DNA of 48,729 nt, taken from a virus. Its lineage: Duplodnaviria; Caudoviricetes. Both the position numbers and the translations under genes were made by a program. Shown one piece after another: positions 9,890 to 19,174 of the stretch. The DNA lies in IMG/VR virus record IMGVR_UViG_3300029821_000084, positions 1-48,729 of that record. One strand, 5' to 3'. The number at the start of each line of letters is the position of its first letter. The first letter of the stretch is position 1. The notes beneath the pieces are model-generated. The model was not told the DNA's origin. It saw only the letters and a program-made list of their open reading frames with translations, and searched no databases.

Positions 9890-9926
9890 GATTGTAATAT
9901 ATATATATATTAAATGTATTACAATC
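9890..9926. repeat. 10-bp inverted repeat enclosing an (AT)7 run
   Basis: gattgtaata (9890-9899) / tattacaatc (9917-9926), just downstream of the peptidase stop. Confidence 0.5.
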
Positions 9927-9944
9927 ATTCTAAATGAATATGAT

Positions 9945-10448
9945 CTAAAATTGATAATGCCTTCTTTTTATTGCACTCTTTATTGAATCTGGCAATAACG
10001 TTTTAACCTCAAAATACTTAAACATCATTTTATGGGCAAATGCAATTGCATCTATTTCTATCTCTTGTTTAAGATACAATTCGTCATCTATTTCATTGTT
10101 TTTTCCTGAAGGCATTATGTAATTTAGTGTTTCATACTCCCACTTATCTAACGTCTCTTGAGATTCTCTGCTTTTGGTACGTATACAATAACCTTGATAT
10201 GCGTGTCTCATCTCATGAAAAGCTGTAATGATAACTTCTGTCCAATCACTTCTTAAAAGCCAATCTTCATTAAAAATAATCTCATTGTCATCAAATTTAT
10301 ACATGCCTGTTATTTCACTATTAGGCAGTTGGTTCTGTCTGATTATAAATAATTCAGGCGATGGAAAGTTAAGTATTTTTTCTACGATTCTTGTAGCTGA
10401 AATTATGACATCAAAATTATCCATTTTATCTCCTATTTTTAAAACCAA
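9945..10448 (-). CDS. Zincin-like metallopeptidase (HExxH)
   Basis: HEMRHAYQ and a downstream EIDA glutamate; start probably at MDNFD. Confidence 0.7.
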   Translation of the reverse strand: MVLKIGDKMDNFDVIISATRIVEKILNFPSPELFIIRQNQLPNSEITGMYKFDDNEIIFNEDWLLRSDWTEVIITAFHEMRHAYQGYCIRTKSRESQETLDKWEYETLNYIMPSGKNNEIDDELYLKQEIEIDAIAFAHKMMFKYFEVKTLLPDSIKSAIKRRHYQF

Positions 10449-10665
10449 TTATCAAACTGTCTCGATTTGTAGTTAATTAAATTATAGCATTTTTATTCTA
10501 TCCCTAAAAACTCAATCTCACAAAATAAGCAGAATGAGTTACAGGTTTACAACTGATATTAGATGAAAAGTACTTAATTTACTTTTAATTAGTCTCTTAT
10601 TTTTCCCGTTATTGAATCTAAAAGTGATGTTTTCATTTCTATGAACACAGCTGTTAAGATGCCCT

Positions 10666-10718
10666 AAAACAAAAATAGTAGCATAACAAGCGGAATGGTT
10701 ACCAACATGTTATGCTAC
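10666..10718 (-). ncRNA. Candidate ~50-nt hairpin RNA or attenuator
   Basis: Perfect 11-bp stem gtagcataaca (10678-88) / tgttatgctac (10708-18) with a 19-nt loop, followed by UAUUUUUGUUUU. It begins at the predicted +1 of the adjacent promoter. Confidence 0.45.
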
Positions 10719-10724
10719 ATATTT

Positions 10725-10753
10725 ATTATATCAAATTTATGCGTTTTAGTCAA
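10725..10753 (-). promoter_or_regulatory. Sigma-70/SigA promoter
   Basis: TTGACT-17 bp-TATAAT with extended TG. Confidence 0.75.
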
Positions 10754-10785
10754 TGTTAAATGGCTTAATATGGCTGTAAAAGTCA

Positions 10786-11121
10786 CTATTTATTTGAATT
10801 ATTAATTTGCTTAGAAACATCTATAATCGATTCAATAATATCGTCAATAGTACCTAGATCAATTGTAATCTTCTGATCAAGCAGGAACTGATTTATATTT
10901 GAGATCACGTATTTCTTCTTTTGATCGCCTTTGGTATAATTTTTTTCTGCATCAATACAAAGCTTTCTAATTTGGTCTTCAACTTTGATAAACGTTTCAT
11001 AGTAAACTTTTGCTTTCGAGTTTCTCTTTGACCAGTAACCTAGACCAATAGATACAAGAGAAAGTATCACACTGATGATGGTCGTTATTAATTCTGTATT
11101 ATTCATCTTTCTTATCCTCAC
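10786..11121 (-). CDS. Holin-like protein (LL-H type)
   Basis: One N-terminal TM helix, then 'AEKNY..GDQKKKYV....I..IIES'. Confidence 0.6.
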   Translation of the reverse strand: MRIRKMNNTELITTIISVILSLVSIGLGYWSKRNSKAKVYYETFIKVEDQIRKLCIDAEKNYTKGDQKKKYVISNINQFLLDQKITIDLGTIDDIIESIIDVSKQINNSNK

Positions 11122-11527
11122 CTTTACTTAGCACTTCAAGTGCATTTTTAATCATTCTAGGAACAGGCAATCCTGCAAGCGTTGAATTCTCTAAGATACT
11201 TACACCCTCCATCGATATGAAGGCTATCACTGCTCCATCTCTTACAAGATTCGTACCTAATACAATATCTAGCTGTTCAGCTAAAGCAACTAAAAACAGA
11301 ATGAATATTTTCTTAGCTAGTCCTTTAATACCAGCTTCACTACTCACTCTGCCATTTTTTGTTTTACTACTCTTCTTAAATACGATTGCTAAGATTAAAC
11401 CAGATAGGAAATCAATAATCATGAAGATTATGAGTGCGATTAACAATTTATCAAATCCTCCAAATAGGTATGAGGCTAAGGAACCTAAGGATCCTACAAT
11501 TGTTAATATAAAGTATTTAACTTTCAC
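11099..11527 (-). CDS. Phage holin (toxin secretion/phage lysis holin family)
   Basis: LFGGFD..L..L..FM.IDF.SG, G.KGLAKK and EG.SILEN...G.PVP motifs. Confidence 0.9.
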   Translation of the reverse strand: MKVKYFILTIVGSLGSLASYLFGGFDKLLIALIIFMIIDFLSGLILAIVFKKSSKTKNGRVSSEAGIKGLAKKIFILFLVALAEQLDIVLGTNLVRDGAVIAFISMEGVSILENSTLAGLPVPRMIKNALEVLSKGEDKKDE

Positions 11528-12177
11528 GTTCTCAAACCTTCTCTAATTGTAATTATTTCATCAAGATATGTTTTTAACTGGTTTAAGTGCTCAGGTGTAT
11601 TCAACTCTTTATCCCAGTTTTTCTTATGTTCAAACACTTTGTTCAACCACACCTCATTTAGGTTTACATCGTATTTTCCTGTTTCTAAGTATTTCTCTAA
11701 AATACCTCTAATTCTAATAATGTGATAGCTTCTTTTGACGATCACCTTTTCAATATTAACGAGTTGATTGAAATACTCAATGACTGCATCTAAGTATAGA
11801 GGTAATACATCTTCAAACTTCAAGGCTGTGATACTGTTATATTCCGTCTGATAACTTGGATTTAGATAGATCAGATTATCTGCCATGTTGATCACATCAT
11901 CCGAATGAATCAGGTTGTAAAGTGGCAATGTGTCATTCATAGACTGTCTTTGTAAAAAGTTCTCATATCCATAAGCGAATATATCAACGCCTTCAATTGA
12001 GGCGTGAATGATGCCATTGAAGTTACTGAGAACTACCGTTAAGTCTGTGTCAGACTTTTTTTGTTTTGTTTTGTAGTTATCTGAGCCACAGTAATAAATG
12101 AACATGACCTCATTCATAGCAAACATGTTCACTACGATTTCTGTTAGCTTGCTGTTGGTAAACTTTCTAGGCATCAT
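11524..12177 (-). CDS. Pol-beta superfamily nucleotidyltransferase
   Basis: GS-x10-SDTD motif (YYCGSDNYKTKQKKSDTDLTVV), a later acidic residue (VDIF) and a helical C-terminus. Confidence 0.7.
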   Translation of the reverse strand: MMPRKFTNSKLTEIVVNMFAMNEVMFIYYCGSDNYKTKQKKSDTDLTVVLSNFNGIIHASIEGVDIFAYGYENFLQRQSMNDTLPLYNLIHSDDVINMADNLIYLNPSYQTEYNSITALKFEDVLPLYLDAVIEYFNQLVNIEKVIVKRSYHIIRIRGILEKYLETGKYDVNLNEVWLNKVFEHKKNWDKELNTPEHLNQLKTYLDEIITIREGLRT

Positions 12178-12476
12178 ACGTCCTCCTCTACATCTAAATC
12201 ATCTGTTGATTGTTCAAAACCCTCAACGTTTTCTTTTAGCCAAAGATACGCAATACCTCTTGGATCTTCGTTGATGAATAAATCAAAATCAACATCAGGT
12301 ACTTCGATATCTACAACTTCTAAGGGTTCACAATGATCGAACCTTTTATCCTTTGAAATGTAGGATGCGACACAAAGTACAATTTTTCTGCTTCGATAGT
12401 TCATATTGATACCGATGATGCGATGATAACTAACATCAACCCCTACCCTTGATTGTAAGTTTTTAATTATTGCCAT
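12174..12476 (-). CDS. Tail-associated hypothetical protein
   Basis: 100-aa ORF with a gaggagg RBS, located after the tail fibre genes. Confidence 0.6.
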   Translation of the reverse strand: MAIIKNLQSRVGVDVSYHRIIGINMNYRSRKIVLCVASYISKDKRFDHCEPLEVVDIEVPDVDFDLFINEDPRGIAYLWLKENVEGFEQSTDDLDVEEDV

Positions 12477-12494
12477 TTTATATTCCTCCTCTTA

Positions 12495-12917
12495 TTAAGA
12501 GCCATATACTTTGACTCCATTGACTGTTTCATTTATAATTTGACTCCCATTTAGCGAGTTTGATGTGACTTTACTTCCATTTAATGTAATCAGTTCAGTA
12601 GTTCCAGATGAACCTGTAATTGTAATTGCTCTTCTAGTTGAGCCAGGTGCTTTAAAGAATACTTCAACATAATAGGTTCCTGGACTAACCCCTGAAAATG
12701 AAACAGTATTAGCCATGCCACTTTGTAAATCATTGATGTCATCATAATATAAAGACTTTACATAAGTTCCACCAGTTAATGCGTCATACAAACTTAAAGA
12801 AAAACCAGGGAGTGAAAACCCACTGCCTGATAAAGTGAAATTGATGACTAATCCGACATTCCCTGTGTTTGCTGCACTTGTAGGACTTATACTATGGATG
12901 GTTAATGTATAAGCCAT
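12495..12917 (-). CDS. Ig-like (IPT/TIG-like) beta-sandwich protein, putative tail adhesin
   Basis: TIHSISPTS...FTLSGSGF...PGTYYVEV pattern; Ser/Thr/Gly rich. Confidence 0.55.
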   Translation of the reverse strand: MAYTLTIHSISPTSAANTGNVGLVINFTLSGSGFSLPGFSLSLYDALTGGTYVKSLYYDDINDLQSGMANTVSFSGVSPGTYYVEVFFKAPGSTRRAITITGSSGTTELITLNGSKVTSNSLNGSQIINETVNGVKVYGS

Positions 12918-12918
12918 A

Positions 12919-13464
12919 CTAGTTAACCAACCAAATACGTTCTAAGTAAACAGTTGTTGATGTGTTCGTAGTCCATGCGATTGATGTGCCATTAAAGTTT
13001 CCAATCAAATGTCTTAAATATCCAATCGTCATCGTATTTGAGATTGAGTTTGAAACATATGCTTTGAATGAATGTGTTTTGAAATATTGGCCATCGAAGG
13101 TAGTCCATGAATATAGTCTATCGTATGTTGGACTTGCTGATGTTGTACTATTCGTACCCATCCTACCGTAAACAATATGTGTTTCATAAGAATCTGTGGC
13201 TGTAACGGCTCTAACCTCAAACGCTAGGATCTTATCATATAGATTAATCGATCTATTGAGCGTAATGTTATTAGCTATAATGGTCGTAGGTATCGAAAGA
13301 TTACCCTCATATAGCAATGAGAATCCACCACCTATTTTAATAACACTACTATTACCTCTAATATATAGTTCATTATTTGATGTGTCGAAGCCCATCTCAC
13401 CAACTTGGGTCAAATGGCTTGTGGTTGGAACCGATGTGCCTCTTTTAACTCTGATGATGGCCAT
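12919..13464 (-). CDS. Tail fibre / receptor-binding protein (Mtd_N/HylP-like N-terminus)
   Basis: MAIIRVKRGT...GEMGFDTSNNELYI N-terminus. Confidence 0.65.
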   Translation of the reverse strand: MAIIRVKRGTSVPTTSHLTQVGEMGFDTSNNELYIRGNSSVIKIGGGFSLLYEGNLSIPTTIIANNITLNRSINLYDKILAFEVRAVTATDSYETHIVYGRMGTNSTTSASPTYDRLYSWTTFDGQYFKTHSFKAYVSNSISNTMTIGYLRHLIGNFNGTSIAWTTNTSTTVYLERIWLVN

Positions 13465-14150
13465 TAGTATGTCCCACCATCAATGACTGATGTTGGTGTA
13501 AGTACTTTTGTTTTATCAATACCGATGTAATAAAAAGTTTTAACTGGATTATAGTTTGTATCCTGAATACTATGGAGTACTAATCCATTATCAAGAACTG
13601 ATGCATCGAATGATACCTTTGTCGTATCGAACTTAGCACCTACACCTTGCATCAAGGCAACATTTTTCACATTAGCAATCTTGGTTCGTTGATCGTCCGT
13701 TAAATGAAGGTTGCTTGATTCATGGGCATTATATGTACTTGCTGCAACACCACCAAGTTCAGCCAAAGTAATAACAACTGCACCTGTTTTAGAGTTAACA
13801 CTTGTTACAGGGCTTACAGCTGGAATAATCGATGTTGGAAGTTTACCATCTGCACCAATTAGAGGCACTGTACCATTTGTAGTTCCTGTATTCTTTTTGG
13901 ATGCTGTTCCAAGACCAAGTGCTGTAATCTTTGAATCCATCGTGGCTTCAGCATTTGCTTTACTTGCAAACTCAATATAGTCATTGGTTGTTAGTGGATT
14001 GGCACTTGATCCTGTTTTATCTGCTTTTGAGATATATAAATTCGTGCCGTTTAAGTCAATTAATGGTTCACCGGCTTTAATCGTACCTGCTGTTCCCACA
14101 ATGGGTCCTGTGCCAGCAGACGTTCTTCTTTTAATTTGTATAACTGCCAT
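13464..14150 (-). CDS. Tail fibre protein (Mtd_N/HylP-like N-terminus)
   Basis: MAVIQIKRRT...GEPLIDLNGTNLYI, fibre motifs LGLGTAS and VTSVNSKTGAV, and C-terminal IDGGTY. Confidence 0.75.
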   Translation of the reverse strand: MAVIQIKRRTSAGTGPIVGTAGTIKAGEPLIDLNGTNLYISKADKTGSSANPLTTNDYIEFASKANAEATMDSKITALGLGTASKKNTGTTNGTVPLIGADGKLPTSIIPAVSPVTSVNSKTGAVVITLAELGGVAASTYNAHESSNLHLTDDQRTKIANVKNVALMQGVGAKFDTTKVSFDASVLDNGLVLHSIQDTNYNPVKTFYYIGIDKTKVLTPTSVIDGGTY

Positions 14151-14164
14151 TTTTTATTTCCTCC

Positions 14165-14944
14165 TTAGAAACGATATATGATGACTCGATTGATTGTGTG
14201 AGTCGTTGAGCCGCATGTAAATGTTGTATTACCATTTTGATATGAAACAAACATCGAATATGTAATACCGTTGTACGTGTATGCTACCGAAGTACTCGAT
14301 CCAATGATTTCAAAAATCAACGGTCCTGGTAAATTCACAACCGTTCCATTACTTAAAACAATCATGAAAAATGCACGCATTAAATCATTTGAATAATAGT
14401 TACTTATTCGATAAACACCTTGAGAAACATATGTCGGATTAATGATGATTGGCGTAGTTTGATTTCTAATCTTTTGTTCAAGGTTATAGACCAAACTATC
14501 TGCATTTAGCAACGTTTGTCTATTAAACTGGTTATTAAGTGTTACTGAAGTGGTTGTTTTTGAATAGGCACATAGTGCAAACTCATACTGACCTTGACCA
14601 CTACTTAAATCATTTTGAACTAAGTTGGGATAAGTAGAGGCTTGTTCTTTCACATAGATTGAAACATCGTTATTCGTTAAATCTACATTTAAAACGACAT
14701 ATCCTAAGCGACTAGCGTTTGGTGTAACGATGACTTGAGTATTATTTTCTATATAGATTAACCTACCTTGAATCATGACATAGCCATCTTCAAATGTGAT
14801 TGTATTATTGGCAAGTGTATAAAACACGCTACCTCTACTTCCTAAAAGCACACCTGTTCCAACTGAAAATATGAAGTTATTTAAATCAGCATCATGTTTT
14901 GATGTGACGCTTGAACCATCAAAGGTTATTTTTTGTATACCCAT
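14165..14944 (-). CDS. Baseplate upper / minor tail protein
   Basis: Follows the hub gene; GYVMIQGR and LVQNDL...YEFALC motifs are typical of siphophage baseplate proteins. Confidence 0.65.
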   Translation of the reverse strand: MGIQKITFDGSSVTSKHDADLNNFIFSVGTGVLLGSRGSVFYTLANNTITFEDGYVMIQGRLIYIENNTQVIVTPNASRLGYVVLNVDLTNNDVSIYVKEQASTYPNLVQNDLSSGQGQYEFALCAYSKTTTSVTLNNQFNRQTLLNADSLVYNLEQKIRNQTTPIIINPTYVSQGVYRISNYYSNDLMRAFFMIVLSNGTVVNLPGPLIFEIIGSSTSVAYTYNGITYSMFVSYQNGNTTFTCGSTTHTINRVIIYRF

Positions 14945-16071
14945 TAAAACTCTCCTCCATCTAAATCAGAATAACCACTATTGTTTACTGTGACATTTCC
15001 GACCTTACTGTTTACGTTCTTGCTCAATATTTGAATCTTCTCAGTGAGCTTTAAACGATACTCACCAAGTGTGATGGTTGCTACTTCAAAAGTGTTCACA
15101 TACTTAATGCCAGTAACCAATGAATCATAGCGTTTGCCCTTATGAATAAATTCAACAAAATCACCAATATCCAATGTTCTTAAGATATCTAAAGAGTGAT
15201 TCTTTTTTTGGATCATAAAACTAATTTGATGATCTGTTTTATCAACACTGAGAACTGAGCGTACTTTCGTATCCAAATCTAAGTATTCATTATCTGAATA
15301 TGTTTCAACTTTTGATATGACTTTTGGATATCTTAGATTACTCGTATTATCTTTTGTTATCGTGCCATCGGTTAATAGGTAATAAATTACTGTATCCTTA
15401 AAGAATAAGTTACTTGTCTTTGGATAATAGATGGCCTTATTCGTGCTTTCTTTGCTTGAATCGTTGATGATTAAGTCTTCTAAGATGAGGCTATCTGCTT
15501 TAATTTTTAAACCTCTTGTCACATTAACGATTCTTATTAAAATACCACTAAAACTTCCATCATTAAATATCACTTCATGTTTGATATAAACACCATACAT
15601 CCGGTTAGCCAGTTCCAATAATTCATAAATTGTCATAACTTTATCAGCATCAAAAACAAAACTACCCAGCTTCGATGTTTCCACACTGATGCTTAGGTAG
15701 TTTAAGTTTTGCTTGATATCACTATTTTGAAGAAATGTTTTTCTAATAATTTCTTCGATATATGTTGCCACATTACCATTGAAGCTTTCGACTAACACTT
15801 CAACTTTAAATAACTCTTTAAAATCAACACTAGCGACAAACAAGTGTGTTTTTTCATCTTCGATGTTTTCTACGATGCCAAAGTAGCCATTTTCCTCTTT
15901 CACATAGACATAATCACCTACTGCAACATTAAGCTTGCTTTTGTTTATCTTGAAATGTGTTTTTTGCGTAATGACGATGTCATGTATAATTTCAAACTCA
16001 TCACCTATATAAGCATGATCTTTATATGTGAAATTCAAGTGATTTAATATAATCAAGTCCATCAGAATCAC
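14944..16071 (-). CDS. Tail hub/spike (Tal-like) minor tail protein
   Basis: Follows Dit; C-terminal LDIGDFVEF...VTGI...ITLG. Confidence 0.7.
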   Translation of the reverse strand: MILMDLIILNHLNFTYKDHAYIGDEFEIIHDIVITQKTHFKINKSKLNVAVGDYVYVKEENGYFGIVENIEDEKTHLFVASVDFKELFKVEVLVESFNGNVATYIEEIIRKTFLQNSDIKQNLNYLSISVETSKLGSFVFDADKVMTIYELLELANRMYGVYIKHEVIFNDGSFSGILIRIVNVTRGLKIKADSLILEDLIINDSSKESTNKAIYYPKTSNLFFKDTVIYYLLTDGTITKDNTSNLRYPKVISKVETYSDNEYLDLDTKVRSVLSVDKTDHQISFMIQKKNHSLDILRTLDIGDFVEFIHKGKRYDSLVTGIKYVNTFEVATITLGEYRLKLTEKIQILSKNVNSKVGNVTVNNSGYSDLDGGEF

Positions 16072-16892
16072 CCCAGATGGTATTCAAAGATATGAACTTT
16101 ACAAAACGTATCTTCCATCACACCAGATTTAAACTCTAATGTATTCCTACCTGGTTTTAACTCGATAAAATTATCTTTTTCAAAGTCCTGGTATGCATAG
16201 ATATCTGTTTCAATGTCATTCTTAATCATCTTTAAATACTTATTGTCAGCTACTGATGATATTCGTATTTTGACATCATCCTCAACCAAGTTTAATCGTA
16301 GACTTGAGACCAATATCCCATTTTGGATCACATTAATTTCAGGATGATCAACTGACCCTTCCATCTCAATAATAACATTCGCACTAAATGAACCGCCTAC
16401 ATCAATCGTGGTTCGTCCTTCTTGTGTGATTTGATACGTGTAAGCATATGGGTAAGGATAGACTTTGCCATCAAGGACTTCAGTTATATCAATGATGATT
16501 TGTCTTTCTTTAATCCAATAGCTCTTTTTATTCAACGTAATTTCACAGCTTAGTAATCCAGCTTTAATCTCTGCTTTGCTTAATGAAACCACATCAACAT
16601 GAACATACTTTATGTCATTGGAAACATAGTATAGTTTTAAATTATCTCGCCCTTGATTTAAGTAATCGATAAATCTTTGATAACCTTGATACCCATCCAT
16701 GAAATTGAGTAGTCCACTTATTTCTGATAAAGGCGTTTCTCTTTTGACAGTTTTATGGATGTGTCCATATTTCAAATAAGTCATATTGAGCTGAAAACCT
16801 AATCCTAAAACATTAGATAGTAAGACACCACTATGATACTTAAAATGGAATTGTTGGCCGTGTTCATTTTCTAAGTAGAATCTTCTTGTCAT
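16068..16892 (-). CDS. Distal tail protein (Dit)
   Basis: Immediately after the tape measure gene; C-terminal FIELKPGRNTLEF. Confidence 0.8.
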   Translation of the reverse strand: MTRRFYLENEHGQQFHFKYHSGVLLSNVLGLGFQLNMTYLKYGHIHKTVKRETPLSEISGLLNFMDGYQGYQRFIDYLNQGRDNLKLYYVSNDIKYVHVDVVSLSKAEIKAGLLSCEITLNKKSYWIKERQIIIDITEVLDGKVYPYPYAYTYQITQEGRTTIDVGGSFSANVIIEMEGSVDHPEINVIQNGILVSSLRLNLVEDDVKIRISSVADNKYLKMIKNDIETDIYAYQDFEKDNFIELKPGRNTLEFKSGVMEDTFCKVHIFEYHLG

Positions 16893-19036
16893 ATATACTT
16901 ACCACCTAACGCTCTATTAATCGAATCAATATCGAAGGTAGCCGATGATGTATTGATAGTGATTGCATTATTGGTTGTGCTCTTATTAGACGTTTGGTTA
17001 CTTGTATTTGAAGTCTTTTTCAGATTAAATGTATCGCTGAACCATCCACCAACCTTACCAAATATACCACCAACTTTTTCTTTAGTATTATTTGCAAAGT
17101 TTGAAACGCCATCGACTATATTATTTGCGACATCTGTTACACCTTTTACTGCACCACCAGCAAAGTTTGATACAGTATCAACAACATTTGAAGCGATACC
17201 TGTGACTTTATCGGCTACTCCGCCAACGAAGTCACCAACTTTACCAGCAACATCTCCGATAAAACTACCAATACCACCGACAACATTTCCAATCGTATCA
17301 CCAATACCACCTAAGACACCACCAACAACATCACCAACACTACCTGCAAAATCAAATATCTTTGTGAAGAAACCGATAATCGTTTCTAGTATCTTTAAAA
17401 TTGGATTCAATATGAATTCTAATGCTTTAAATGCAGGTACAAGTATGGCTTGTAAAACATTACCTACAATTTCAATCAGCGGTGAAATCATCTCAAAAAT
17501 ATCACCTAAAAATTCCAGCTGTTTAATCATTGGAGCTAAGATCATATCGATGATCGGCACTAATATGTCAATAAGTCTTGTAAATATATTGATAACTATC
17601 TCAACGATAGGCATTAATGCATCCATTAAAACTTCAACAATCTTCATGATAGGTTCTAGGAGTCTCATAAAAGTTTCCATGAGTTTTTCTAATAGTTCTT
17701 TGAACTTTTCACTTCGCATCAAAGCCATAACTACAATCGCAATCAAAGCACCAATACCTAAGGTTGCAGCATTAATACCAATACCAGCGATAGCACCAGC
17801 TGCACCTACACCTTTTAAAGCAACTGCTACTATCTTTAATATCGGACCAACTTTACCTATGATGGTTAACACGGGTCCAACAGCAGCCGCAAGTCCAACT
17901 AAGAAACTAATCAGTTGTTGTGTGCCACTACTAAGATTCGTCCACCATGAAATCATGTTACTTACTGCAGGAATGAGTTTATTGGTGATTGCTTCAACGA
18001 CATTTTGCATAGCAGGTACAAGTGCAACTGCAAGTTCGACTGAAAGTGCTGTTGTTGATACTTTTAGTCTATCCAGAGAGTCGTTAAATGCACCAGTTGT
18101 TTCAGCTTGTTCACTTGTAATGATACCGAGTGCTCTTGCTTGTTCTCTTAATTCATTTATGGCTTCTGACTCCATATTAAGCATCGGTAGTAACTCAGAG
18201 CCTAATTTATCACCAAATAAATGGTTAGCAAGTGCAGTCTTTAATGATTGATCCTCTACTTTAGATAAAGCATCTCTCATAATCTCAAAAGCTCCACTTG
18301 TATCTTTGCCTTCTAAGTCTTCCATTGAAATGCCAAGCGCATGAAGCGGACCTGCGATATTCTTAACATCACCTAAGGCTATGTCAGCGAGTATTGAGTT
18401 AACCTTTACAAAAGCACGCTCTAAACTACCGGTTTCTGTTCCAGCGATAGTTGCGACATGATTCCATTCTTGTAATGCTTCGATGGACATCCCTATTTTT
18501 TGAGCAGTATCATTTAAGGCATCTGCAGTATCAGCACCTTTTTTAGCAAGTGCACCTAAAGCAGTAACGGCACCTAAAATAGGAACCGTCAGACTTTTGG
18601 TTAAGGTACTACCAACCTTTGCGATATTATCAAACTTAGCATTACCTAAATCTTTAATCTTAGATTTTGTTCTATCAAGTTCGTTATTAAGTCGCTTTAC
18701 TTCCGATTCGCTGTATGAAACATTGCGTTGAACTTTTCTAAATTCAGCGTCTGAAGTTGTACCAAGTTTGAGACCTTGTTTAGCTTTTTCTAACGCTTTA
18801 TTTTGCGTATCTAAGCGTTTTTTAGTGGTTTCAAGCATCTCATTCAACTGTGTTTGCTTTTTACGCCAAAGCTCAACGTTAGAGCTGTCATACTTTAGGT
18901 TTGTATTAATGGCACGCAGGTCTTTTTGTTGTTCCTTGAGTTCCTTGTTAATCTCTTTTAACTCATTGTCAAGATCCTTACCATCAAGACTCAACTTAAT
19001 ATTTATACCTTTAATCGTCTCTGCCATGATACTCAC
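16889..19036 (-). CDS. Tail tape measure protein (probable start MAETIKG, 19027)
   Basis: IKGINIKL N-terminus, coiled coil, hydrophobic and periodic Gly-rich repeats; position in the tail operon. Confidence 0.9.
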   Translation of the reverse strand: MSIMAETIKGINIKLSLDGKDLDNELKEINKELKEQQKDLRAINTNLKYDSSNVELWRKKQTQLNEMLETTKKRLDTQNKALEKAKQGLKLGTTSDAEFRKVQRNVSYSESEVKRLNNELDRTKSKIKDLGNAKFDNIAKVGSTLTKSLTVPILGAVTALGALAKKGADTADALNDTAQKIGMSIEALQEWNHVATIAGTETGSLERAFVKVNSILADIALGDVKNIAGPLHALGISMEDLEGKDTSGAFEIMRDALSKVEDQSLKTALANHLFGDKLGSELLPMLNMESEAINELREQARALGIITSEQAETTGAFNDSLDRLKVSTTALSVELAVALVPAMQNVVEAITNKLIPAVSNMISWWTNLSSGTQQLISFLVGLAAAVGPVLTIIGKVGPILKIVAVALKGVGAAGAIAGIGINAATLGIGALIAIVVMALMRSEKFKELLEKLMETFMRLLEPIMKIVEVLMDALMPIVEIVINIFTRLIDILVPIIDMILAPMIKQLEFLGDIFEMISPLIEIVGNVLQAILVPAFKALEFILNPILKILETIIGFFTKIFDFAGSVGDVVGGVLGGIGDTIGNVVGGIGSFIGDVAGKVGDFVGGVADKVTGIASNVVDTVSNFAGGAVKGVTDVANNIVDGVSNFANNTKEKVGGIFGKVGGWFSDTFNLKKTSNTSNQTSNKSTTNNAITINTSSATFDIDSINRALGGKYI

Positions 19037-19052
19037 CTACCTTTCGATCAAT

Positions 19053-19078
19053 AAAAAAGAGACTTTTTGGAGTCCCTT
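19053..19078 (-). terminator. Intrinsic terminator closing the moron
   Basis: AAGGGACU-ccaaaa-AGUCUCUU followed by a U run. Confidence 0.6.
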
Positions 19079-19174
19079 GTTTAAAAGTTATAATTCTAGA
19101 AATTCGCCGTCTTCAGGAATAAAATCATAATATTTTAAAAGAAATAACTGAAATTCAGTTTAATTAGCATACTA

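Noticed and set aside
12919-14150. Diversity-generating retroelement suggested by Mtd-like N-termini
   Set aside because: No reverse transcriptase, and I found no template/variable repeat pair.
16953-18251. 432-aa plus-strand ORF
   Set aside because: Antisense shadow of the tape measure gene; no RBS or recognisable domain, and its composition mirrors the opposite strand's codon usage.
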